DNA from: a virus
Lineage: Duplodnaviria > Caudoviricetes
Length of the DNA stretch: 64,000 bases
Virus record (IMG/VR): IMGVR_UViG_2571042740_000001
Coordinates: 10,801-74,800 of that record
Direction: 5' to 3' (one strand)
This document shows positions 27,433 to 36,149 of the stretch, in pieces. The notes under the pieces are model-generated. The model worked only from the letters and a program-made list of their open reading frames with translations. It made no database searches and had not been told where the DNA came from. The translations under genes and the position numbers were made by a program. Each line of letters opens with the position of its first letter. The stretch's first letter is position 1.

Positions 27433-29073
27433 CTACAGAACGATCAGGTCATGATCGGGTTCGTCATAGACACTGCCCTGCATTTCATGGCGGATCACTC
27501 TGTCGAGTGCCATGATCCATGCGACAATGCCGTCGATTTTCTCAGTACTTTTCTTTTTGCTCGGTTTGATATTCTCCGCCGCATCAATTTCAGCGACCAC
27601 ATTTCCTGCCATCCATCTGAGAACGGGATTGCCGCCGTGAACGAACATACCTTCGAGTATGAGCTTGTACAGCTCCTTCATCGGCGGTGACATATCCTTG
27701 AAGCCCATGCCCATCGGAACAACGGTAAATCCGTCTCCCTCAAGGTCTGTGATCAGCTGTGTAGCGTTCCATCGGTCGGCTGCGATCTCCTTAATGTTAT
27801 ACATGGTGTGCAGTTCGTTGATCGTTTTACGAACAAAGTTATAGTCCACCACATTGCCCTCTGTGATATGAAAAAGTCCCATGCGCTCCCAGACATCGTA
27901 GGGAACATGATCTCGCCGCACACGCAGGTCAAGCGTTTCTCTCGGCAGCCAGAAGTGTGGGACAACGATGTATTTTTCGCCCTCTGTCAACGGCGGGAAC
28001 ACCAGAACAAAAGCGGTGATATCCGATGTGCTGGAAAGGTCCAGTCCCGCATAGCACTCTCTGCCTCGTAGCTTTTCAAGGTCGATCGGTAGATTTCCTC
28101 TGTCGTAGATATGCTCCGGGATCCATGCGACCGCACTGCCGACCCACTGGTCGAGTCTAAGCTGACGGAATACATTTTCTTCAGCAGGATTTGTCAGCGC
28201 CTCACGGTGCGCATCACGGACACGGTCAATGGTGATCGTATGCCCGAGAGACGGATTTGCTTTGTACCATGATTCCTCGGCGTTCCAGTCGTCATCATCG
28301 TTCAAGCCATATATAACAGGATAGAAGGAAGGGTCGATGCGTCTGCCGTCCAGAATATCTTTTGCTTTGGTGTGGTATTCGTAGCAGATGCTGTTGCGGT
28401 CAGTGCCGGCGGTGGTAATAAGGAAGTACAGCGGCTGTGTTCGTGCGTCGCCGGAGCCCTTTGTGAGAACATCCACAAGGCTACGGTTCGGCTGCGCGTG
28501 AAGCTCGTCAAGTACCAGACCGGATACATTCAGACCGTGCTTTGTGCCGACTTCAGCCGAAAGCACCTGATAGAATCCCACATTGCTGTAGTTCACCAGT
28601 CGTTTTGTCGCCGCCATGATCTTGGAGCGTTTCAGAAGCGCCGGCGTCATTTCCACCATGCGCTTTGCAACGTCAAAAACGATGGAAGCCTGCTGCCGGT
28701 CAGCGGCAGCACCATAGACTTCGGCGGACGGCTCGTTGTCGGCGTACAGCAGATACAGTGCAATTGCCGCTGCAAGCTCCGATTTTCCGTTTTTCTTCGG
28801 AATCTCAACATATGCTGTACGGAATTGCCGGGTGTCGTCTTCTTTTACAACACCGAAAATATCCCGGATGATCTGCTCCTGCCACGGCAGCAGCCAGAAC
28901 GGTTTGCCCGCCCATCTGCCCTTGGTGTGGCAGAGGTTTTCTATAAAGCGAACAGCCCTGTCCGCTTTTGCCGCATCGTAATGGGAGTCCGGCAGCATGA
29001 AGCGGGTGGGCTGATAATCGGTGAGTTTCGGATAATTCGCAGGTCTTTCTCTTGCTTTTGCTGTTCTTGCCAT
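27433..29073 (-). CDS. terL: Terminase large subunit
   Basis: Walker A PKKNGKS, VLDELH, GLDLS, KIDG. Confidence 0.95.
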   Translation of the reverse strand: MARTAKARERPANYPKLTDYQPTRFMLPDSHYDAAKADRAVRFIENLCHTKGRWAGKPFWLLPWQEQIIRDIFGVVKEDDTRQFRTAYVEIPKKNGKSELAAAIALYLLYADNEPSAEVYGAAADRQQASIVFDVAKRMVEMTPALLKRSKIMAATKRLVNYSNVGFYQVLSAEVGTKHGLNVSGLVLDELHAQPNRSLVDVLTKGSGDARTQPLYFLITTAGTDRNSICYEYHTKAKDILDGRRIDPSFYPVIYGLNDDDDWNAEESWYKANPSLGHTITIDRVRDAHREALTNPAEENVFRQLRLDQWVGSAVAWIPEHIYDRGNLPIDLEKLRGRECYAGLDLSSTSDITAFVLVFPPLTEGEKYIVVPHFWLPRETLDLRVRRDHVPYDVWERMGLFHITEGNVVDYNFVRKTINELHTMYNIKEIAADRWNATQLITDLEGDGFTVVPMGMGFKDMSPPMKELYKLILEGMFVHGGNPVLRWMAGNVVAEIDAAENIKPSKKKSTEKIDGIVAWIMALDRVIRHEMQGSVYDEPDHDLIVL

Positions 29074-29546
29074 CAGCCGCCTCCCAGAAGTGCATCCATA
29101 TCGTCAACGGCGGCGTCCTTCATATCTGCACCGGCAGTGATACGGCTTCTTGCTGCCGGAGTCAGTCCGAACTGTTCTGCGATCTTGTTCATGATCTTCA
29201 GATAGGTCTGCGCAATGCTGACCTGCGGGACCTGCTGCCAGTAGCCGGATTTTGTTTTTACGATCGTGCCGTGCTGCGTCATGAATTCCTCGGCTTCCTT
29301 CCAACGGGCGTATGCCTGACAATAGGATGCGAATGCCGCCTGATCGACCTCGGTCAGCACACCGATCGCTTCAAGCTGTTTGGATAGCCTGCGCCATTCC
29401 TTTTTTGCTTCGGGCTCCAGCCACTTCGGACAGGGCGGTGCTTTTTTCACAGGCTTTGGTTCAGCCTCATTCAGCGGACGCTTGCCCGGATTGCCTTCCA
29501 GCTCTTTGATCGCAGTGGGTTTTGGTTTTCTGCCTCTCTGAGCCAT
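29073..29546 (-). CDS. terS: Terminase small subunit, P27 family
   Basis: GRKPKPT, GNPGKR, FGLTPAAR. Confidence 0.92.
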   Translation of the reverse strand: MAQRGRKPKPTAIKELEGNPGKRPLNEAEPKPVKKAPPCPKWLEPEAKKEWRRLSKQLEAIGVLTEVDQAAFASYCQAYARWKEAEEFMTQHGTIVKTKSGYWQQVPQVSIAQTYLKIMNKIAEQFGLTPAARSRITAGADMKDAAVDDMDALLGGG

Positions 29547-29627
29547 CCGCATCACTCCTTCCTGTAAAAATGTGCATAAAGAAAAGAGCCTGCATTTGCA
29601 AGCCCTTTCTATGTATGTTTGCTGCCT

Positions 29628-29867
29628 TTAGTTGTACTCATGCATCAGGATCGCCAGCGCCATTTCTGCGGCTTCGTTCTGGGGCGGAACATCTTCGCCC
29701 CGGTCGTAGTTGTAAATGACCTTGCCCTCGACCTTCAGTGTCAGTTTGCTGATCCTGCCGCCCTCGATTCCGTACTGGCTGCCCTCGTCGTAGGCTTTCA
29801 CCCAGTAGTGAACCACCGTGTACTTTCCGTTGTCATTCGGGACTCCGATCGTACCTTCATGCCACAT
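29628..29867 (-). CDS. Small hypothetical protein (cassette 1)
   Basis: MWHEGTI...YGIEGGRISKL...NYDRG; strong SD and own promoter. Confidence 0.8.
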   Translation of the reverse strand: MWHEGTIGVPNDNGKYTVVHYWVKAYDEGSQYGIEGGRISKLTLKVEGKVIYNYDRGEDVPPQNEAAEMALAILMHEYN

Positions 29868-29924
29868 AATGTTTTCCTCCGTATTTTCGTAGTTTTCGGC
29901 TCGGTTTCCCGTTCCGTTGTACAC

Positions 29925-29953
29925 ATATTAACTCTAAACATTGAATATATCAA
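29925..29953 (-). promoter_or_regulatory. Cassette promoter P1
   Basis: TTGATA-N17-TAATAT; plus-strand core catattaactct. Confidence 0.85.
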
Positions 29954-30047
29954 GTGTGAGTAATAACAATGATCTCTGCGGTAGTTTCCGCTTGTTTGTG
30001 TACTTTACGCCCGCCCACAGGAGACGTGTAAACGTACTGTTTGGGGC

Positions 30048-30076
30048 TTGTATTTTCAGTCGAATAATGATATACT
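30048..30076 (+). promoter_or_regulatory. Moron promoter TTGTAT-N17-TATACT (TG extended)
   Basis: Directly upstream of a structured leader and an AT-rich ORF. Confidence 0.65.
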
Positions 30077-30207
30077 GTTAATGTGAGGTTATCATCTCAC
30101 ATATATGAGATGGTAGGCTCGTATCCCCCACAGTTATTGGGGGTAAAACTAAAGTTTTCTATTAATCTGAGATGATTTTGCTCACATTTGAGTTGGTGGT
30201 ATTAATT

Positions 30208-31176
30208 ATGGATAATATGTATTGGCCGGTATATAAAAATATCGAAAGAGAGTTTTTAAAAATTGCTGAATATATTAATATTTGTGACGAGCAGTTGAAA
30301 GTATATTCGTTTCATATTGCTGATTTAATTATTAGATGCGCAATTGAAATAGAGGCTATTTCAAAAGAATTATATAAAAGATTGGGCGGAAATATGAACC
30401 CAGTAGATGAGAATGGAAAAACAAGAGACTTATATTTTGATACGGATTGTTTAGGACTCTTAGAAGAAAAATGGGGCATCAGTAAAAAGAAGGTAAAAGT
30501 CTCTGCATTAGAAGTGTTTTTGACTAGAGAAGAAAATATAATTCTTACTCCTTTGAAAAAATCGAATAAGAGGGGATCAAGTGGCTCACAATGGAAAAAG
30601 GCGTATCAAGCATTAAAGCATGACAGGCGAAATTCACTAAAATGCGCAACTATTGAAAATTTAATTTCTTCAATGGCTGCCTTATTTATTCTTAATTTGT
30701 ATTATAAAGATGAGACATCTGATCTTGGAAGATTATATATGAATGATAGAACATTTGATAGTAGAGCCGGCTCAGACATCTTTAATGCATATGTAGTATC
30801 TGCAACGACTTTAAGAATGGAACTAGAAATGGATGATTTAAATATAATAAATATAGATGAAGAAAAGAGGAAAGAATCCATTTTTATTATAAAATACACT
30901 GACAGCACATACCGTGAAATGCATAGAGCTTTTTGCTTAGATTATTATGAGACCAAAAGTAACTTTGACAAATCAGAAGTTATACAAAAATATGTGGCAG
31001 AACATCCTGAATCCAAGGAGAAGTCTATGAACGAGATTTGCATTGAAGCTGGAGGACATGAATTATTATGCAATATTTTTGTTAATAGGCATTCTTTAAA
31101 TTCAAAAAACTATAGGACAGAAGTTATCGTTAATAAAAATGAGGATATATATCAAAAATTAAAATACATAGATTAA
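30208..31176 (+). CDS. AT-rich moron, hypothetical (HEPN-like; possible defence protein)
   Basis: Low GC; ADLIIRCAIEIE and WKKAYQALKHDR motifs; likely start MDNMYW. Confidence 0.75.
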   Translation: MDNMYWPVYKNIEREFLKIAEYINICDEQLKVYSFHIADLIIRCAIEIEAISKELYKRLGGNMNPVDENGKTRDLYFDTDCLGLLEEKWGISKKKVKVSALEVFLTREENIILTPLKKSNKRGSSGSQWKKAYQALKHDRRNSLKCATIENLISSMAALFILNLYYKDETSDLGRLYMNDRTFDSRAGSDIFNAYVVSATTLRMELEMDDLNIINIDEEKRKESIFIIKYTDSTYREMHRAFCLDYYETKSNFDKSEVIQKYVAEHPESKEKSMNEICIEAGGHELLCNIFVNRHSLNSKNYRTEVIVNKNEDIYQKLKYID

Positions 31177-31345
31177 TATTTATCAATACGGATGGTTGAA
31201 GAATAATCATTATATAAATGATAGGAGCAACAATTTCGCAATCCATTTAATAATTGACATTAGCAACGCAATGCAGAAAATTGGAGGAGCGTAGGAATAC
31301 TACTCACTAAGCAAGACTTTATTACTATCACAGAATACATAACGA

Positions 31346-31373
31346 GGCAGAGGCCCCTTTCGGGGGTTCTGCC
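31346..31373. terminator. GC-rich hairpin at the end of cassette 2
   Basis: ggcagaggcccc-tttc-gggggttctgcc. Confidence 0.55.
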
Positions 31374-31380
31374 TTTTGGC

Positions 31381-31725
31381 TTATCTGCCGGTCATCCATT
31401 CCCATTCGCTTTCGCAGGCGTCTGCGTACTCTGCCTCGAAAAGTGCATCGTCGTCGATCCATTCGGTTTCGTAGTCAATATCCTCGATGCCCTCAAAGGT
31501 CGTGCCGTTTGCGGCGGCATCTTCCTGCACAAGGCTGTCGGCGTTCTCCTCAACCCAAGCACTGAAGTCTTCTGCGTCGAGGTCGTCCTCGTTCTCGACC
31601 TCCAGTTCGTAGCCTTTATCCTCGGTGTCGTACCAAAGGATCGTGGCGCTTCTGATCGCCTCGCGTGCGTTCCAGTCGTCTCTGCCTGCCATTGCTCTTG
31701 CCTTTGCCATTCCGTAGCTGATCAT
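31381..31725 (-). CDS. Very acidic small protein (cassette 2)
   Basis: 114 aa, about 35 D/E versus about 7 K/R by hand count; GGAGG SD. Confidence 0.8.
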   Translation of the reverse strand: MISYGMAKARAMAGRDDWNAREAIRSATILWYDTEDKGYELEVENEDDLDAEDFSAWVEENADSLVQEDAAANGTTFEGIEDIDYETEWIDDDALFEAEYADACESEWEWMTGR

Positions 31726-31780
31726 TGTTTTTTCCTCCGCTTTTCGTTGTTTTGGTGGGCTTTGCCCTTCCGTTGTGTAC

Positions 31781-31809
31781 ATATTAACTCTGAATGCGAA
31801 TAATAGCAA
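31781..31809 (-). promoter_or_regulatory. Cassette promoter P2
   Basis: TTGCTA-N17-TAATAT. Confidence 0.85.
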
Positions 31810-31917
31810 GCCGCTAAATGTACAGAAGATACGTGAAAAATGTTCGGCAGGTGTTGTGTATTATATGCCGCCTATATGAGGTTCGGCAGCCCCTCCGCAG
31901 AAGGGCTGCCCGCTGGT

Positions 31918-32280
31918 TTACTTGCTCTTGCGTCCCGCCTCGTAAGCCGCCGTGAGCGCCTCCTTGATCTCCCAGACGGCGACCTCGAAGAAGTCATCGT
32001 CGTCCTTCATGCGGGTTTCGAGGTCACCCCGCTGTTCCACGCTTATGATGTGGGAGAAGGCGATGCCGGTGATGACCTTATCCACCCCGGTCAGGCTGTC
32101 GAGGTGCGCCATTCGCAGTTCCGCCTTTGCCTTGCCGAGGGCTGTCTGGAGGTTGATCAGGCAGGTCTCCTTCGGGATGCCGTAGATCTCCGCGCAATCC
32201 TCATCGGTCATCTGCTCGGTGGCAGTGATGCCGTTCTCCAGCATCTTGATCTTCTCCTCGATTCTCTGCTTCTTGGTCAT
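31918..32280 (-). CDS. DUF6900-like protein (cassette 3)
   Basis: LETR..D.DDF.EVAVWEIKEALTAAYEAG. Confidence 0.75.
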   Translation of the reverse strand: MTKKQRIEEKIKMLENGITATEQMTDEDCAEIYGIPKETCLINLQTALGKAKAELRMAHLDSLTGVDKVITGIAFSHIISVEQRGDLETRMKDDDDFFEVAVWEIKEALTAAYEAGRKSK

Positions 32281-32335
32281 GTTTATGTCCTCCGTGTTTT
32301 TATTCCGGTGGGCTTTCCGCCCTTCCGTTGTACCC

Positions 32336-32364
32336 ATATTAACTCTGAAAGCACATTATATCAA
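32336..32364 (-). promoter_or_regulatory. Cassette promoter P3
   Basis: TTGATA-N17-TAATAT. Confidence 0.85.
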
Positions 32365-32463
32365 GCCACTAAAACTACAGAAGATACGTGGGAAATGTGT
32401 GGCGGGTGTTGTGTATATTACTTCGTAGTAGTCAAATAGTTGGTTTGATAAATCACAGTTCAC

Positions 32464-32492
32464 TTGACAGACCTTTCCCAATTTGATATAAT
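32464..32492 (+). promoter_or_regulatory. Consensus sigmaA promoter for moron
   Basis: TTGACA-N17-TATAAT with TG. Confidence 0.85.
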
Positions 32493-32525
32493 GTAAGCAA
32501 ATTATTGAGCAACTTGGAGGTCAAC

Positions 32526-32855
32526 ATGGATGAGAAAAAACTAAACCCATTTGAGATATTGAAACAGTATTCATCATATGGTCATAATAGTGGTGAACGT
32601 TATCAGGCCCATGTTTTGGGCACAACATGTGACAAGAATAATTATAACGCGATTCTCTTTGTTTGTTTACAGATTGATGTCAATCGAAATTATGCAGAAA
32701 TCATCATAGAGGGAGATGCACAGTATTTCAATTACAGTTTTAAATCCTCTTATTCAACCGACAATAGTGCATTCAAATTGATAAACAGAACACTTATCAT
32801 TAAAGGAACAGATAAATTCGGCAACAACATAACACTTGAAATAACTGAAAAATGA
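32526..32855 (+). CDS. Small AT-rich moron, hypothetical
   Basis: GGAGGT SD before ATG 32526; consensus promoter. Confidence 0.75.
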   Translation: MDEKKLNPFEILKQYSSYGHNSGERYQAHVLGTTCDKNNYNAILFVCLQIDVNRNYAEIIIEGDAQYFNYSFKSSYSTDNSAFKLINRTLIIKGTDKFGNNITLEITEK

Positions 32856-32936
32856 GTGCGGAACGGAGGTATGTGTCTTGGTACACTAACCTCCGTTTTT
32901 TACTATCAGTCCTATTATCCTATCTGCAGTTCAATA

Positions 32937-33290
32937 TCAATCGTCGAGAGGAATCGGCATCAGGATGTTGCCGACCAGTACGAAATCGTATGCCTGCCGG
33001 AAGAACTCCGTGTATTTCTCGGTCAGCTCCTGCGGCAGGTCGGTGAAGTCATCCTCGCCCAAACCGCAAAGGAAGAACGTACCCTTGATGACACCGTAGC
33101 CTTTGATTGGGCGGTTCCATTCCTGCTCCGGATGGTAGAGGGCTTCCTCCTCGCACACCAGTGCGACCGGATCATCGAAGGGGTAAATCGCCTGAATGTA
33201 TCCGCCGACCGTCTGCTGCAGGCTGTCAAGCTCTCCGCTGATCTCCTTTGCGTAGGGGCGCTTTCCCGGTTCAACAACTAAAATGTTCAT
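32937..33290 (-). CDS. DUF3846-like protein (cassette 4)
   Basis: ILVVEPGK.PY, LQQTVGGYIQ, IKGTFFLCG. Confidence 0.8.
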   Translation of the reverse strand: MNILVVEPGKRPYAKEISGELDSLQQTVGGYIQAIYPFDDPVALVCEEEALYHPEQEWNRPIKGYGVIKGTFFLCGLGEDDFTDLPQELTEKYTEFFRQAYDFVLVGNILMPIPLDD

Positions 33291-33335
33291 GTGAATGCTC
33301 CTTTGTGTTTATTCCGCTTCTCTTGCGGTAGTGAC

Positions 33336-33364
33336 ATATTAACTCTGAACCGAGGATATATCAA
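33336..33364 (-). promoter_or_regulatory. Cassette promoter P4
   Basis: TTGATA-N17-TAATAT. Confidence 0.85.
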
Positions 33365-33425
33365 GCATTATCGGCAAAATAAATGTGACAAACATCGCGG
33401 CGGAAATGCCGCTGAATTGTACATC

Positions 33426-33530
33426 GCACAAGAGCCGTACACGTGCGCTGTGTGGGGCTGGTTACCGAAAGGGATACCGTTTGGAGGATATCCGTCCCGC
33501 GCCACACGTTGCAACGTGGCGGCTCTGTGC
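33426..33530. repeat. Long imperfect hairpin, copy A (candidate structured RNA)
   Basis: gcacaagagccg...gtgtgg / ccacac...cggctctgtgc arms; inner ccgaaaggg..ttggaggata.ccgtcccgc shared with copy B. Confidence 0.7.
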
Positions 33531-33533
33531 GCC

Positions 33534-33737
33534 TTATTCTTCGCCTTCGTACTTCTCGTGGATGATGCCGAGAATCTTGTCCTGTTCCTCACGTCCGACG
33601 CCGATGCTTTCAAGTGCCTCACGCGTTCCGCAGTCGGGGCAGATCGGGCTGTTATCCACGCGGGAAAGGGCTGGTCGGGCGGTATACGCCTGCCCGCATT
33701 TCGGGCAGATGCGCGGCTCGTTGTTGCGGTCTTTCAT
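33534..33737 (-). CDS. Small zinc-finger protein
   Basis: CPKCG...CPDCG; overlaps the GGCT stop. Confidence 0.75.
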   Translation of the reverse strand: MKDRNNEPRICPKCGQAYTARPALSRVDNSPICPDCGTREALESIGVGREEQDKILGIIHEKYEGEE

Positions 33738-34198
33738 CGCTGTACCTCCTTTGCGCTGATTTCGTAGGCGGCATCGAGGAACTTGGTATCGAAGCCGAAG
33801 TTCCGGTAGCCTTCCTCGCAGGTGCGGATGTAGGCAAGCGACGGAATGCCGAGGCTGCGTTCCTCATGCATGATGTATACGAAGGCGGTCAGCTTCTTGG
33901 TCTTGCCACTTGCCAGCTTCACCGGCAGGCGGACTTCCTTCTTGTAGTAGAAGGTCGGGCAGCCCTCGTAGGCATCCAGCCGTTTCTCGTCGGCTGCGGT
34001 GACCTCCCAGACCGCAATCGGAACGATGCCGTTCTTCTTCGGTTCAATGGTCAGGTACGCGCCTGTCTTGCTGCCCTTGTAAAGCAGCTCGTAATCGGGA
34101 ATCACCGTGATCCCGATGGGCTTTGCGCCGGGGCAGCGGTACCGCATCTGGCGGATGTTCAGGTTCGAGCCGTAGGCAAGGTAGTACTTCTTTTCCAT
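33734..34198 (-). CDS. Gamma-glutamylcyclotransferase (AIG2-like) protein
   Basis: YLAYGSNL..QM..RCP, LDAYEG.P..Y. Confidence 0.9.
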   Translation of the reverse strand: MEKKYYLAYGSNLNIRQMRYRCPGAKPIGITVIPDYELLYKGSKTGAYLTIEPKKNGIVPIAVWEVTAADEKRLDAYEGCPTFYYKKEVRLPVKLASGKTKKLTAFVYIMHEERSLGIPSLAYIRTCEEGYRNFGFDTKFLDAAYEISAKEVQR

Positions 34199-34276
34199 GT
34201 CAATCGTCCTTTCCGAAGGAAGTCTCCTTCTACCACCCTGAGCCGCCCGTAGGCGGCAGGTGGGGAAAGGCGGCAG

Positions 34277-34471
34277 TTACTTTTCCGCCTTGCCCAGTTC
34301 GTATGCCTTGCGGAGCATCTCTCGGATGCCCCAGACGCTCACCTCCGGGAAGTCATCGGTGTCGTTCCAGCGGGTGTCCAGCCCGCCGCGCTGTTCCAGT
34401 GCGTAGTCCGCTTTCATTGCGATCTGCTCCAGCTTCTTGTCGGTTTCCGTTCCCCATTCGATGTTGCTCAT
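34277..34471 (-). CDS. Second DUF6900-like protein (cassette 5)
   Basis: EQRGGLDTRWNDTDDFPEVSVWGIREML.KAYELG. Confidence 0.75.
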   Translation of the reverse strand: MSNIEWGTETDKKLEQIAMKADYALEQRGGLDTRWNDTDDFPEVSVWGIREMLRKAYELGKAEK

Positions 34472-34523
34472 TGCTCGTTCCTCCGTGTTTGTTTTTCCGG
34501 TCGTTTTCCGTTCCGGTAGTCAC

Positions 34524-34552
34524 ATATTAACTCTTTTCGGGGAGAATAGCAA
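34524..34552 (-). promoter_or_regulatory. Cassette promoter P5
   Basis: TTGCTA-N17-TAATAT. Confidence 0.85.
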
Positions 34553-34624
34553 GCCGCTAAATGTACAAAACATCACGGGGGAAAATGTGCCATTCTTTGT
34601 GTAGTATATGCCTTGCCGTTGTTT

Positions 34625-34714
34625 GCGCCGTGCGCGCCCGTGTGCGGGCTTTTTCCGAAAGGGGCAGTTACTTGGAGGATACCCGTCCCGCCCCACACGG
34701 GGCGCTGTGGGCGA
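34625..34714. repeat. Long imperfect hairpin, copy B (candidate structured RNA)
   Basis: gcgcccgtgtg / cacacggggcgc arms with the same inner motif as copy A. Confidence 0.7.
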
Positions 34715-34749
34715 CTGTTTCGCCGCCCTTGCCCGTGGCGGCAGACCGG

Positions 34750-35694
34750 TTAAGGTCTGCCGAATCGGAAGGCGTTGTCGCCGGTAAGGTTCTGCGTCAG
34801 GGTTTCTCTTGCGGTGGCGAACTCGTCGCCAATGAAGCCCATTCTCATCAGCCAAGTCCGCATCGCGAACTTTTTGTTTTCTTTCTGCTGTTCCTTCGGG
34901 CTTGCGCTGCGCAGGTCTTTTGCCATCTGGCTCATTGCGAGGCAAAGCTGAATGTAGCTCTTGAGCTTGCCTGCGTGAAGCCCGTTCTGCTTGCCGCCTG
35001 CGGGCTTGTCGAACTGGAAAAGGCGGAATTCAATCGTGCCCTTTGTGAAGGTGGCGTGGAGGTTCAGCATATGGTAGCGGCTGTCGTTGTAGTGGTGGGT
35101 TCTGCCGTAGTCGCATCCCTGTGCGCCGTACCAGATGTCTGCAAGCTGCGCCATCGTGGTGGGCTTCTTTTTGTTGAGCTGCTGCAGGAAATTCGGGTTT
35201 ACCGTTCTGCAGTAGCGGTTCATTCGGCTGCTGTCAACCTTGATTGCTTCGGCGATCAGCGTTTCGTGGCTTGCCATCAGGTTTGCGAGGTTTCTCAGGC
35301 TCTGCGGTGTGTGTCCCGCTGCGCCGATGTGAATGTGAACTCCGCAGCCCCTTGTGTAGTCGCTCTTTGCGCCCGCCTTGCGAAGGCGTCTGATCAGCTC
35401 CTGCAGGGTTTCGATGTCCGCGTAGTGCAGGATCGGTGTGACCAGTTCGCACTTTTCGCTGTCCGGTCCGCTGATGCTGCAGTCGCGCTGGAATTTCCAC
35501 TCGCGTCCCTGCGCGTCCCAAGCGCTGTAGGTTTCGTAGCCGTTGCGGTGTGCGGTGTACTCGCTGCGGTTTGTTCCGAAGAACTCGGCGGCGAGCTTTG
35601 CGGCAGCCTTGCGGGTGATGTTGTTCATCTCAACCTCAACCCCGATCGTCTGCTCCTTCATTCTGTTGATCTGTGCCTGTGTCTTTGCGTTCAT
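34750..35694 (-). CDS. Phage putative amidoligase (COOH-NH2 ligase type 2) (cassette 6)
   Basis: IGVEVE, D.SI, ELVTP, CGVHIH, SRY..LN, TIEFRLF. Confidence 0.9.
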   Translation of the reverse strand: MNAKTQAQINRMKEQTIGVEVEMNNITRKAAAKLAAEFFGTNRSEYTAHRNGYETYSAWDAQGREWKFQRDCSISGPDSEKCELVTPILHYADIETLQELIRRLRKAGAKSDYTRGCGVHIHIGAAGHTPQSLRNLANLMASHETLIAEAIKVDSSRMNRYCRTVNPNFLQQLNKKKPTTMAQLADIWYGAQGCDYGRTHHYNDSRYHMLNLHATFTKGTIEFRLFQFDKPAGGKQNGLHAGKLKSYIQLCLAMSQMAKDLRSASPKEQQKENKKFAMRTWLMRMGFIGDEFATARETLTQNLTGDNAFRFGRP

Positions 35695-35745
35695 GGTGGT
35701 ATCCTCCTGTTTGGTTTTTGGTGTGTTTTCCCTTTCGGTAGTCAC

Positions 35746-35774
35746 ATATTAACTCTAAACCGAGGATATATCAA
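35746..35774 (-). promoter_or_regulatory. Cassette promoter P6
   Basis: TTGATA-N17-TAATAT. Confidence 0.85.
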
Positions 35775-35918
35775 GCCGCTAAAACCACAGAAATACGAGG
35801 AAAATACAGCCTTGATGATTGTGTATTTTACATTCTTGACACACTTGATTTTCTATGGTAATATTGGGTACGATGGAATAGGTTCTCACATTTTCCGGCG
35901 CCCCCGGAGGCTGTAAAA

Positions 35919-36149
35919 TCAGCCGCCGGAGATGACCTCGAACTCGTCTGCGCCTTCGATCAGCGCAAGGCTTCTGCCGTTGTCCCACTTCATATGAATG
36001 TTGCCTGCATCGTCGATGATCGCAACCGTTCCGGTTGTTCCGGGCGGCACGGGCGCGATGTCGTCCGCCATGCGAATCAGTCGGATGCGTGTACCTACGG
36101 GATAACGCTCGCGCAGCGCCTGAAGCTGTCTTTCATTCGGAAATTGCAT
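35919..36149 (-). CDS. DUF4314-like protein
   Basis: [31 protein letters not shown]. Confidence 0.82.
   Translation of the reverse strand: MQFPNERQLQALRERYPVGTRIRLIRMADDIAPVPPGTTGTVAIIDDAGNIHMKWDNGRSLALIEGADEFEVISGG

Noticed and set aside
33426-34714. Hairpins read as integron attC sites or Frpo-type ssDNA promoters
   Set aside because: No tyrosine integrase in the window, no RYYYAAC/GTTRRRY ends, and the GC-rich stems do not reconstitute -35/-10 boxes.
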